Assembly (NCBI GenBank): GCA_002269645.1
Contig: NIVC01000913.1
Coordinates: 118,276-182,275 of the forward strand
Reading direction: 5' to 3'
Origin: Macrostomum lignano
Lineage: Eukaryota
DNA length: 64,000 nt
Of the stretch, positions 41,175-53,000 are shown one piece after another (positions within the stretch are counted from its first letter, which is position 1; every line of letters begins with the position of its first letter). The notes below the pieces were generated by a model. The model saw nothing but the letters and a program-made list of their open reading frames with translations, searched no databases and was not told the DNA's origin. The position numbers and the translations under genes were made by a program.

Positions 41175-41834
41175 AAAGTACGCGAGTAATAATGTTATTC
41201 GAAATTTTATAAGTTTTCAAGCAGTATTCAGCAGAAAAGCTGTAGATACTACTTTTCCATTAGACTGCAAGTAGTGCAGTGCAGTCAGCGCAATGATAGA
41301 ACAGTTACAGCATCAAAAACGGTGCTCAGTTTGTATTTTACACGAGCCTACAAAAAGCAAAAACTCAAAATTAGAACTCAGAGAAAAGCTGTGCGAATCG
41401 AAGTACCACAAACTTTCGCTTTGGTGTGCAGAATTTGAGTAGCAAAAATGAGGCAAACAATTGAAAGTAGGAAGACAGCTCAGATTAGAAGCGTGACAGT
41501 AAAATGATCTGACAGTATGTCTGTGACACTGTGAAATACAGTTTCAGAATGAAATTTTCTGCCGAAAACAAAGCCGTCTTTTGCGCAAAGACAAATTTTT
41601 ATAAAGTGACAAATTGAATATGAAAACTGTAACATCCTGCAGGAAGTCCCCATTCTGGCAGGAGCAAATTCTAAGAAAAGCAGATTCTCGAAAAAGTAAA
41701 TTTTGGAAAAAGTAGATTCTGAAAGAAGCAGATTCCAGAATATCCTGACAGAAGATTCTGACAAAAGCGTGTTCTTGCAGAAGAAGATTCTGGAAAACTT
41801 TTATTCTGGAAGAATCAACTTTAAATAAAGATTC

Positions 41835-43020
41835 TCTAAGAAGTAGATTCTGGAAGAAGCAGATTCTGGAAGAAGCAGATTCTGGAAGAGCAGATTCTGG
41901 AAGAAGCAGATTCTGGAAGAAGCAGATTCTGGAAGAAGCAGATTCTGGAAGAAGCAGATTCTGGAAGAAGCAGATTCTGGAAGAAGCAGATTCTAGAAGC
42001 AGATTCTGGAAGAAGCAGATTCTGGAAGAAGCAGATTCTGGAAGAAGCAGATTCTGGAAGAAGCAGATTCTAGAAGCAGATTCTGGAAGCAGATTCTGGA
42101 AGAAGCAGATTCTAGAAGCAGATTCTGGAAGAAGCAGATTTTAAAAGCAGATTCTTGAAGAAGCAGATTCTGGAAGAAGCAGATTCTGGAAGAAGCAGAT
42201 TCTGGAAGAGGCAGATTCTGGAAGAAGCAGATTCTTGAAGAAGCAGATTCTGGAAGAAGCAGATTCTGGAAGAGCAGATTCTGGAAGAAGCAGATTCTGG
42301 AAGAAGCAGATTCTGGAAGAAGCAGATTCTGGAAGAAGCAGATTCTGGAAGAAGCAGATTCTGGAAGAAGCAGATTCTGGAAGAAGCAGATTCTGGAAGA
42401 AGCAGATTCTGGAAGAAGCAGATTCTGGAAGAAGCAGATTCTGGAAGAAGCAGATTCTGGAAGAAGCAGATTCTGGAAGAAGCAGATTCTGGAAGAAGCA
42501 GATTCTGGAAGAAGCAGATTCTGGAAGAAGCAGATTCTGGAAGAAGCAGATTCTGGAAGAGCAGATTCTGGAAGAAGCAGATTCTCTAAGAAGTAGATTC
42601 TGGAAGAAGCAGATTCTGGAAGAAGCAGATTCTGGAAGAGCAGATTCTGGAAGAAGCAGATTCTGGAAGAAGCAGATTCTGGAAGAAGCAGATTCTGGAA
42701 GAAGCAGATTCTGGAAGAAGCAGATTCTGGAAGAAGCAGATTCTGGAAGAAGCAGATTCTGGAAGAAGCAGATTCTAGAAGCAGATTCTGGAAGCAGATT
42801 CTGGAAGAAGCAGATTCTGGAAGAAGCAGATTCTGGAAGAAGCAGATTCTGGAAGAAGCAGATTCTGGAAGAAGCAGATTCTGGAAGAAGCAGATTCTGG
42901 AAGAAGCAGATTCTGGAAGAAGCAGATTCTGGAAGAAGCAGATTCTGGAAGAAGCAGATTCTAGAAGCAGATTCTATAAGAAGCAGATTCTGGAAGAAGC
43001 AGGTTCTGGAAGCAGATTCT
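41835..43020. repeat. 16-bp tandem array (GCAGATTCTGGAAGAA)
   Basis: Direct reading. Confidence 0.96.
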
Positions 43021-43183
43021 AAAAGTTCCGATCCAATGCCGCTGTCGCACATGAACCCATAATTTTCGAAGACATTTTTAAAAAATACCGCTCAATCAAG
43101 TCAAAAGCGAACTCGATGACACAAAACCGGAGCATTACAAAACAGCTACAAATAAGGCATCAGATGCTGACAGACACTCAGCC

Positions 43184-46100
43184 TCACTGGCAGCCGCATG
43201 CCAGCGCCACCATGTCGTCGTACTGCTTCAGCACCACTCGCTCGTTGTCGTCATAGTACAGCATGTTGAGAACGTCCAGCTTGCTGGGGACGCAGCAGGG
43301 CTTCGGCACGGGGCTGCTGATGATGGGGCCCAGGTGGTTCATGATGCTCTGCACCACCGCGTGGTTGCTGGGGTGGAACTGCTGGCCCAGCGGGAACGGG
43401 CACTGCCCGCTGCAGAAGAAGGCGTTGAAGCCCGACGGCCCGATGATCCACTCGTCCCAGCCGACCGTGGCGAAGTCCACCTGCATGGGGTAGCGCCGGC
43501 AGCTCACGCTGTGCATCGGAGAAGTCGCCGACTCGGAACTGGCGGCGGCGGCGGCAGATTCTGCGGTGCCGACTGAGCGGCGACTTCGCCGATGGCGACT
43601 GGACGGGATAGCGAAGCCGCCGCTGTAGACGCTGGCGTAGCGATTCGGGTCGAAAGAGTCGAATGCTCGGTTGAAGGAGTTGTTCTCTGCGCAGGTGTCG
43701 TTTGAGGTGTGCGGGTTTTATGCAAAATCCCTGACCTAAATTTGACCCAAAACTGAGCCAACCCTGAACGAACTCTAATAAAACTTGACTCAACCCCTGA
43801 CCAAGTATTGACCCAAACTAAATGGGACCGTGACCCAACTCTGACCTAGCCTTGATCCTGACATCCAGACTTAAAATGGAACTTTGACCCAAAACTCATC
43901 CAAACCTGCCCAACCCTGATTCAAGTCTGACCCAAGTCTGACCCAAACGTGACTCAACCTTGACCCAAACCTGATTCAACCTTGACCCAACCCTGACTCA
44001 ACTCTGACCCAAGTCTGACCCAAACGTAACTCAACCTTGACCCAAACCCGATTCAACCTTGATCCAACCCTGACGCAGCCCTAATGAAACCATGACTCAA
44101 CCCTGACCCAACCCTGACCCAACCCTGACCAAACCCTGACACAACCCTGACCCAACCCTGACCCAACTCTGACCCAACCCTGACCCAACCCTGACCCTGA
44201 CCCAGCCTTAATGAAACCTTCACCCAACACTGACCCAACCCTGATCCAATCAAGACCTGGGCTCACCTAGTTCGGGCCGGTTATGCTTTCTCTCGCCATC
44301 GGAAGCGTACACCATCAGTGCCGGCTGCAGGACGTCCCTATTCTCGCCGCGTTGGACGAAGCCGAGCCGGCTGGGCGGGACCGGGTCGCCATTCGCGTAG
44401 TAGGCAAACACGGCGAGACCTACGGGATTCCGGGGTTCGTGGCGTGACACTTTGGCTTATCAGTTAGCCCTGAAACAACACCCCCTTCGCTGCCAGCCAA
44501 TCAGCGTTCGAGTACCGGAGCTTTTCAATCCCCCCTACCTCAGACTGCACCCACCCTTCCGCTGCCAACCAATCAGAGTTCGATTACCGGAGCTTTTCAA
44601 CCCCCCCCCCTACCCCAGACTGCACCAACTCCCTCCGCTGCCAGCCAATCAGAGTTCGAGTACCGGAGCTTTTCAATCCTTCTACCCCAGTCTGCACCAA
44701 CCCCCTCCGCTGCCAGCCAATCAGAGTTCGAGTACCGGAGCTTTTCGATCCCCCTACCCCAGTCTGCACCAACCCCCTCCGCTGCCAGCCAATCAGAGTT
44801 CGAGTACCGGAGCTTTTCAACCCCCCCTACCCCAGACTGCACCAACTCCCTCCGCTGCCAGCCAATCAGAGTTCGAGTACCGCAGCTTTTTAATCCTTCC
44901 ACCCCAGTCTGCACCAACCCCCTCCGCTGCCAGCCAATCAGAGTTCGAGTACCGGAGCTTTTCAATCCCCCTACCCCAGTCTGCACCAACCCCCTCCGCT
45001 GCCAGCCAATCAGAGTTCGAGTACCGGAGCTTTTCAATCCCCCTACCCCAGTCTGCACCAACCCCCTCCGCTGCCAGCCAATCAGAGTTCGAGTACCGGA
45101 GCTTTTCAATCCCCCTACCCCAGTCTGCACCAACCCCCTCCGCTGCCAGCCAATCAGAGTTCTTGAAGGCAGCAAACAGACTCACCGTGATTCGAGCCGC
45201 CCGAGGACTCCAACCAGCTCAATGCGGCCTGGCTGACCTGGAACACAACCCAGCCGCGGTAATCGACGGGCAGCAGCTTCTGCGACAGCAGGATGTTGCC
45301 GTAAGGTGTGCTGCGACGCCTAGGATCTGTTACCTGGTACAGCTTCAACTGGAAACGGTGAGGCATAAATTCACATATTTTACATGGAGATACTGATAAG
45401 AAAAGTTATAGTGTAGATTCCGAGAAAGCCTCCCAGAGCAACAAATTCACATAATCCGTTTTGTTCACAGAACCAGATAGAGCTGAACTGTTACATAAGT
45501 ATAATGAGTCACATTCATACCCAATACACAGCTATCAAAGAAGTGTCTAAGGCTATATCCGAAATTCACACATCACAGATTCCATATCCCCGATTCTCAG
45601 GATCCCAGATCAAAGAATCCTGACTTACAGAATCCCGATTCACAAAAGCCTAATTCACAGAATCTCGATTCACAGAGTTCCAGTTTACAGAATCCAGATT
45701 CACAGAGTCCTGATTCGCAGAATCCCGATTCACAGAATTCGAATTCACAGAATCCTGATTCATAGAACCCTTTTTCACGGAATTTCGATTCACAGAAAGC
45801 TTTTTCACAGAATCCTAATTCACAGAATCCCAATTCACAGAATCCCAATTCACAGAATCCTAATTCACAGAATCCCAATTCACAGAATCCCAATTCACAG
45901 AATCCCAATTCACAGAATCCCAATTCACAGAATCCTCATTCACAGAATCCTAATTCGCAGAATCCTAATTCACAAAATCCTAATTCACAGAATCCCAATT
46001 CACAGAATCCTAATTCACAGAATCCCAATTCACAGAATCCTAATTCACAGAATCCCAATTCACAGAATCCCGATTCAAATAATCCTAATTCACAGAATCC

Positions 46101-48681
46101 TAACTCACAGAATCCCGGTTTGCAAAATCCCAATTCCCAGAATCCCAATTCCCAGAATCCCAATTCACACAATTCTGATTCGCAGAATCCTGATTAACAA
46201 CGCCACAGAAGCTTCACCTTGATAATTCTAGATGGCGGCGGACGCTGCGCGGGCGCCTCACGACGATGCCGCCTGGAACGGACGGAAGGCGCTCTGAACA
46301 GGTGCAAGTCGGCATACCGGATGTCACTCTGGTAAGGCAGTCTGGTGAGGTTGTACGAGTAGAAAGTCTGACTCCCTGGCGCTGCGGGAGATACAAAATT
46401 TTGGGACGTGGCAATTATAAAATCATTGAATCATGGCAATTAAAACGGCTATAGGGGCGCTCACGGAAATCGAACCAATGGACATTAACCGCATAGAGAC
46501 AGCACCCCAATCTCATGTCAGACAGGTGCAATCTCAGAATCACAGGTGCAATCTCACAATCAGACAGGTGCAATCTCAGTCAGACAGGTGCAATCTCAGT
46601 CAGACAGGTGCGATCTCAGAATCACAGGTGCAATCTCACAATCAGACAGGTGCAATCTCACAATCAGACAGGTGCAATCTCACAATCAGACAGGTGCAAT
46701 CTCACAGCCAGACAGGTGCCACTGTGAGATCAGTCAGACAGGTGCAATCTCACAGTCAGACAGGTGCCACAATCTCACAGTCAGACAGGTGCCACAAGCT
46801 CACAGTCAGACAGGTGCCACAAGCTCACAGTCAGACAGGTGCCACAATCTCACAATCAGACAGGTGCAATCTCACAGCCAGACAGGTGCCACTGTGAGAT
46901 CAGTCAGACAGGTGCAATCTCACAGTCAGACAGGTGCCACAATCTCACAGTCAGACAGGTGCCACAATCTCATAGTCAGACAGGTGCCACAAGCTCACAG
47001 TCAGACAGGTGCCACAAGCTCACAGTCAGACAGGTGCCACAAGCTCACAGTCAGACAGGTGCCACAAGCTCACAGTCAGACAGGTGCCACAATCTCATAG
47101 TCAGACAGGTGCCACAATCTCACAGTCAGACAGGTGCCACAAGCTCACAGTCAGACAGGTGCCACAAGCTCACAGTCAGACAGGTGCCACAATCTCACAG
47201 TCAGACAGGTGCCACAAGCTCACAGTCAGACAGGTGCCACAAGCTCACAGTCAGACAGGTGCCACAATCTCACAGTCAGACAGGTGCCACAAGCTCACAG
47301 TCAGACAGGTGCCACAAGCTCACAGTCAGACAGGTGCCACAAGCTCACAGTCAGACAGGTGCCACAATCTCACAGTCAGACAGGTGCCACAAGCTCACAG
47401 TCAGACAGGTGCCACAAGCTCACAGTCAGACAGGTGCCACAAGCTCACAGTCAGACAGGTGCCACAATCTCACAGTCAGACAGGTGCCACAATCTCACAG
47501 TCAGACAGGTGCCACAAGCTCACAGTCAGACAGGTGCCACAAGCTCACAGTCAGACAGGTGCCACAAGCTCACAGTCAGACAGGTGCCACAAGCTCACAG
47601 TCAGACAGGTGCCACAAGCTCACAGTCAGACAGGTGCCACAAGCTCACAGTCAGACAGGTGCAATCTCACAGTCAGACAGGTGCCACAAGCTCACAGTCA
47701 GACAGGTGCCACAAGCTCACAGTCAGACAGGTGCCAAAATCTCATAGTCAGACAGGTGCCACAATCTCACAGTCAGACAGGTGCCACAATCTCATAGTCA
47801 GACAGGTGCAATCTCACAGTCAGACAGGTGCCACAAGCTCACAGTCAGACAGGTGCCACAAGCTCACAGTCAGACAGGTGCCACAAGCTCACAGTCAGAC
47901 AGGTGCCACAAGCTCACAGTCAGACAGGTGCCACAATCTCACAGTCAGACAGGTGCCACAAGCTCACAGTCAGACAGGTGCCACAAGCTCACAGTCAGAC
48001 AGGTGCAATCTCACAGTCAGACAGGTGCCACAAGCTCACAGTCAGACAGGTGCCACAAGCTCACAGTCAGACAGGTGCCACAAGCTCACAGTCAGACAGG
48101 TGCCACAAGCTCACAGTCAGACAGGTGCCACAAGCTCACAGTCAGACAGGTGCCACAAGCTCACAGTCAGACAGGTGCCACAAGCTCACAGTCAGACAGG
48201 TGCCACAAGCTCACAGTCAGACAGGTGCCACAATCTCATAGTCAGACAGGTGCCACAAGCTCACAGTCAGACAGGTGCCACAAGCTCACAGTCAGACAGG
48301 TGCCACAAGCTCACAGTCAGACAGGTGCCACAAGCTCACAGTCAGACAGGTGCCACAATCTCATAGTCAGACAGGTGCCACAAGCTTACCCCAGTCAGCG
48401 TAGGCCACCACCGAGTCCGAATGATACGGCACCGCCCGGACGGCCCGGCCGTCCCTCTCCGACACCGAGTCGTACAATCGACGCAGGAACAGCGGCGCTG
48501 CGGTGCTGCTTCGCAGGTGTGCTGGCACCTTCTTGATGCCAAGCAGCTTGGCCAAGCTGTTCAACGGATCGTTCCGAGGCCGCGGGCGCGACGCTGTCGG
48601 TGACGTCAGCACGGACCGAGTGAGGAGAAGAAGACCCAGCAGTGGAATGAGTAGGGAAAGCAGGAGTGGAAGTTTAGCCAT
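43184..48681 (-). CDS. admp: Anti-dorsalizing morphogenetic protein (TGF-beta/BMP family ligand), 5 exons, ~434 aa
   Basis: Exons 48390-48681 (signal peptide MAKLPLLLSLLIPLLGLLLL), 46218-46381 (YNLTRLP..ADLHLFR), 45186-45348, 44267-44449 (acceptor least certain), 43184-43686. Furin site RRSRR followed by a 7-Cys mature domain with ADMP-type motifs CPFPLGQ..PSNHAVVQSI and VVLKQYDDMVA..CGC. Total 1305 nt in phase. Confidence 0.9.
43740..44255. repeat. Degenerate ~11-bp array (CTGACCCAACC; admp intron 4)
   Basis: Direct reading. Confidence 0.85.
44480..45166. repeat. 72-bp tandem array, ~10 copies (admp intron 3)
   Basis: 24-aa ORF periodicity; each unit contains CCAATCAG. Confidence 0.95.
45590..46195. 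repeat. 15-bp tandem array (CAGAATCCCAATTCA; admp intron 2)
   Basis: Direct reading. Confidence 0.95.
46515..48386. repeat. 25-bp tandem array, ~75 copies (admp intron 1)
   Basis: Unit CAGTCAGACAGGTGCCACAAGCTCA. Confidence 0.97.
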
Positions 48682-48979
48682 TGAGCAAACTAAACTGTGG
48701 CAGTTTCTATCGATTCTCTTCAGCGAATATAATTCAGGAGAAATGTGAATCGAGACGAGCAGAAATGTTATTGAGATATAAGCTGCTGTGTCGTCACAGG
48801 ATACGCAAGAGTAGCGAGCGGTTTCTCTATTTTTCTCTGCCTCTCTTTCCGCAGATTTTTCTCTTCCAGTCCCCCTGTCAATTTAGGCAGCTCCGCGTCT
48901 GCCGGGCCATTGTCTCCGTGTATCTGTCTATATCATTGCGGCCGAAGCTCGGGGCGGAGGGGGTTGGCCGGCCCCAGCT

Positions 48980-48995
48980 GGCGCCAGAGTGTCTG
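48980..48995 (+). promoter_or_regulatory. Candidate BMP-responsive (Mad/Medea/Schnurri) element upstream of admp
   Basis: GGCGCC-AGAGT-GTCTG is an exact match to GRCGNC(N5)GTCTG, ~300 bp 5' of the admp ATG. Confidence 0.6.
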
Positions 48996-50055
48996 CCGAG
49001 TCGCCCCAAGTGAGAGAGAGGAATTCCTCTGCCGAGAATAATAATAATAATTCTAGCAGGCTCCGAGGCTCCAGGTGCCGTATATGCTCAATAACAGGAG
49101 CGACGATCGTTAGTCTGCGCGTGCTGATTCTCCGACTAAATGCGGCTAGGGCCAGCATCACGCGCCTCATCGTTTTGAAGAGAAATTCGAGACCACAGCA
49201 TTTAGAGGGTAGGGGGTGGGCAATTCAGGCGGTGAGGCACGTTTTCCAGTTGAGGTGGGACAGGAGAGAGAGAGAGGGCTGAGCTGCGGCCTTATGGCGG
49301 CAACGAAGACAGGGGCTTCCCAGGTTTGCCAACACCGACTAAAACTCTTCATCATCTCTTTATTTCACTTTTTTCTCAAGCAATGGGAGACTTCAAGCCC
49401 TGTTCAGGCCAATCTCTCTCAGGGCCCCCTTCAGCGAGAGGAGCTCCCACGGTGTCGCGCCGGAGACCCAATACGAGAAGGACCAACTAACTTTCACTTT
49501 TAGTCTCTAAATAAGCGATCGAGTTTTCCTATTTTCAAGCGCAGTTTCCTTGGCAACTCAAGTTGCCGTTCTGAAACCGGTTTGCTCTCCATCTGAAGCT
49601 TTACGACCCGTCGTACGAGTCTGTTTTATGTTTATTGCGAGGTGCGAAAATCGTCCAGTTGAAGAAAAAAGCTTTCCTGGTGTGACAAAAAAGTCAGATT
49701 ACCAAACCGCCCTCCAACTAACGTACCGAATTCAAACGCCCAAGCTCTCAAGGTTGAGCCCTATCGCCCGCCCAGTTGCAAGAAAATGCAATTTATGGTT
49801 AGGCAGCTTCAAGCCATAATAAGGCAACCCCTGCAATAGAAAAACAATGGAGAAAGAGAACAAAGAATTAGGCGATAGTAACGAAAACCGCCATCAAGCA
49901 CGCAACGGTGCCAAAATGGAATTCTGTTATTTTATTAGCGCAGGCCTCGGTGCTTATTTGATGGCTTCTGATAATAAATTAGCTTTGTAGTTTCTAAAAA
50001 TTGTTGCTTAGCATGCTACTGTGAGTAGCAAGTCCGACTGTGGTTAATCGCATCG

Positions 50056-53000
50056 CTATGGCTGAAGGCGAGCCGCCTCAGCGGCAGTCTGCTGGCATCG
50101 CTGAATCCGTCGCATCGTCAGTTCGGCCAGCAGAGCCAGAAAGCCCAGGCAGACGCCGAGAATGGGCAGCACAAAGATGCCGCTGATGGAGCTGAGCTTC
50201 AGACCTGCGGTTGAGGTTTTGCCAATCAGAGGTTGGAATCGAACGTGAGGAAATGAGGGCTAATCTTGGCCTAGTCTTTAAAATGTTGCTTGGTGCATGC
50301 AAACGGGAGTCAACGTGTCGCGTCGCGTCGTGTCGTGGTTGCATACCAGCGGCCCAGGCTCGATTCCAAGTGCAGTCACATTAGTATGGGGCTAAATTGG
50401 AATCTCGGCTTGGCTCTGCTCGTGCAATTAACGACCCTGAGGGCCAACCCCAAGGCACAGGGAAGTGTACATGCTTAACGATACATAAAGTTAGGGCCGC
50501 TGTACACTCCTGTGTGGGTGTGTGCTTGTGCGTGTGACTGCGTACGTATGCGCGCTTTTGTGCCTGCTCAGGGGAGTCGGCGAAATGGGCAGTAATGCCT
50601 CTCGCCGGTTGTGGAACAATGTCGCTTAAACTGCGCCAGGGTAGCATCACAGTTGACATGACACTAGATAAGAACTCGACATGATCAATCAGGCCTAGCA
50701 CTTGATTTCCATGCTTACCAATTGACCTGGCATCAGCTGGACAATTGACTTCGCCGACGCTGTTCCACCACTGCATTTTTAGTGTCTCCAGCGTTCGATC
50801 CTGCTGCATCTGGAGGATTCTGAAACGCATTAAGCAAGTTTTAAGAGCGATCAGTTTGAAATGAAAAAGCCAATCTGACTCTTTGCAGGAAGCTTAATTT
50901 ACACTCAGCAACAGTCCTGAGTTCCACCCTCCAAGCGAGATGAAAATTTTCTCAATTATTGCGACAACTTCTCACTCACAATTCGACTCTCAAGTTATGC
51001 AACAAAGCCGCCGCGATGAAGGGAAAGTTGATTGAATCAGTAATAAACGTCTTTTAAACGTATTTGTTATGCAATATGCAGTTGGAATCTCAATGCTTAA
51101 TAACCCGTGTGAGATCCCCTCGCATGCAGAAGTGCGGCGACTCTGCGGGGCATCCCCAGGGGAAGCTGCTGCCAAGCGTTTTCAATGGCATGACGCAGCT
51201 CCGCAACATTCTGTGTTGAATTCTCTTTTCGAATGCTGCATTTTAGGAAGTCCCACACATGCTCGATGGGATTCATGTCTGAGGACCGGGGAGGCCAGCG
51301 CAAAGTGCGCAGCTGTAGCTGTTCTTTCAATTCTCGCGTGCTGTAAGTTGCGTCACTCGCAATAAGTGAGAAAAATTAATCTCGCTTGGAGGGTGAAACT
51401 TTTGACTGTTGCTGAGTAACTGATCCCAGTCCAATGACAGAACATACGCCATGTCGAACTCCTTGGTTAATAGCGAGCCTTTCTGTAGAACTATTCCATA
51501 CGGACGCGAGCTCAGGACCTCGCCAACTGTGCGCAAGCAACAATCGCGACTGGCATAGTATCTGGCCAAGGGAGTGTCCATGAACACGGCCCAGGAGCCG
51601 GTACGGGCCAAGGACACAGCCTCCTGTGTGCTGTTTGCCAGGCCCCACTCCTTCATGCGGCCGAGCATTCTGGTGAAGCGCTCTTCGATCGGGTATTCCC
51701 ACACTGCAGCTCCGTGTGTTAGAGGTGCTCCGTTGCCTGGAGAGGCGTTACTAAAGGCGTTGAGTCAGGGTGGCCACAACCATTTTGCAACAACTATCCA
51801 GCTGAGACAGTTGAATGGAGTTCAAATAGACAGACAATAAAAAAAATACACTATTGTAGTAACACTTGAAGGTTGAGGTCCCTTTTTTGAAGAGAATCAA
51901 CAGTGATAAGAAAGCTCACCATTATCTTCGATTGAACTCCGCCAGATGTTGAAAAATTTCGACTCGATGTCAGCCATGCGCTCAAAGAAGTCGTGTCCTA
52001 TTGTGTTCCTCTGGACCGTGTACTGAGAATACGGGTGAATTGAAGTAAATTTATGATGCTAAGCAAGTAGGGAAATGGTAGGTCAAGAAACAGTGGGAGC
52101 TTAACGCACCTTAATATCAGTTTGAGCTGCTAATCGCCTCAGGGTTGTCACAGATGACGCTGTTAGCTGCGAGGCGGTAAGCAAAGCTGCCAGATTGGCT
52201 GTGTACAGGGCGTGCATGATGCAGCACAGAAGCCAAAACCCGGCAACAATGAGTCTTGCCGAAGGCGCTCGTGGGTCGAAGCTGTCCCCGGCTTGGATCA
52301 ATGCGCCCAAAGAGTACCAGAGACTCTCCCCGATGCTGAATACCTGCAGTTCGGAGTTCCCGCTATTGACCTTTGACTTTCAATCTGCTTCTGTGCTAGT
52401 TATCTGCTTCTGTGTTAGTTATCTGCTTCTGTGTTATCTGCTTCTGTGTTATCTGCTTCTGTGTTATCTGCTTCTGTGTTATCTGCTTCTGTGTTATCTA
52501 TCTGCTTCTGTGTTAGTTATCTGCTTCTGTGTTAGTTGTCTGCTTCTGTGTTAGTTGTCTGCTTCTGTGTTATCTGCTTCTGTGTTAGTTGTCTGCTTCT
52601 GTGTTAGTTGTCTGCTTCTGTGTTAGTTGTCTGCTTCTGTGTTATCTGCTTCTGTGTTAGTTAGCTGCTTCTGTGTTATCTGCTTCTGTGTTAGTTGTCT
52701 GCTTCTGTGTTAGTTGTCTGCTTTTGTGTTAGTTGTCTGCTTCTGTGTTATCTGCTTCTGTGTTAGTTGTCTGCTTCTGTGTTAGTTGTCTGCTTCTGTG
52801 ATAGTTATCTGCTTCTGTGTTAGTTGTCTGCTTCTGTGTTAGTTGTCTGCTTCTGTGTTAGTTGTCTGCTTCTGTGTTAGTTATGTGCTTCTGTGTTAGT
52901 TGTCTGCTTCTGTGTTAGTTATGTGCTTCTGTGTTAGTTGTCTGCTTCTGTGTTAGTTGTCTGCTTCTGTGTTAGTTGTCTGCTTCTGTGTTAGTTATCT

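Noticed and set aside
46515-48386. Array units as Mad/Medea/Schnurri silencer elements
   Set aside because: GTCTG is present but the hexamer 5 nt upstream is TTGTGG, not GRCGNC.
46433-48536. Overlapping 137-410 aa plus-strand ORFs
   Set aside because: Translations of the 25-bp array, antisense to admp intron 1.
48928-49200. GLEFLFKTMRR segment as the M4 end of the IR gene
   Set aside because: A proper M4 exon with acceptor and stop was found at 50056-50204; this frame is preceded by a stop.
51750-51775. ctaaaggcgttgagtcagggt resembling the SINE 3' motif
   Set aside because: Only ~20 bp with no flanking similarity; it could be chance or an unrecognisable remnant.
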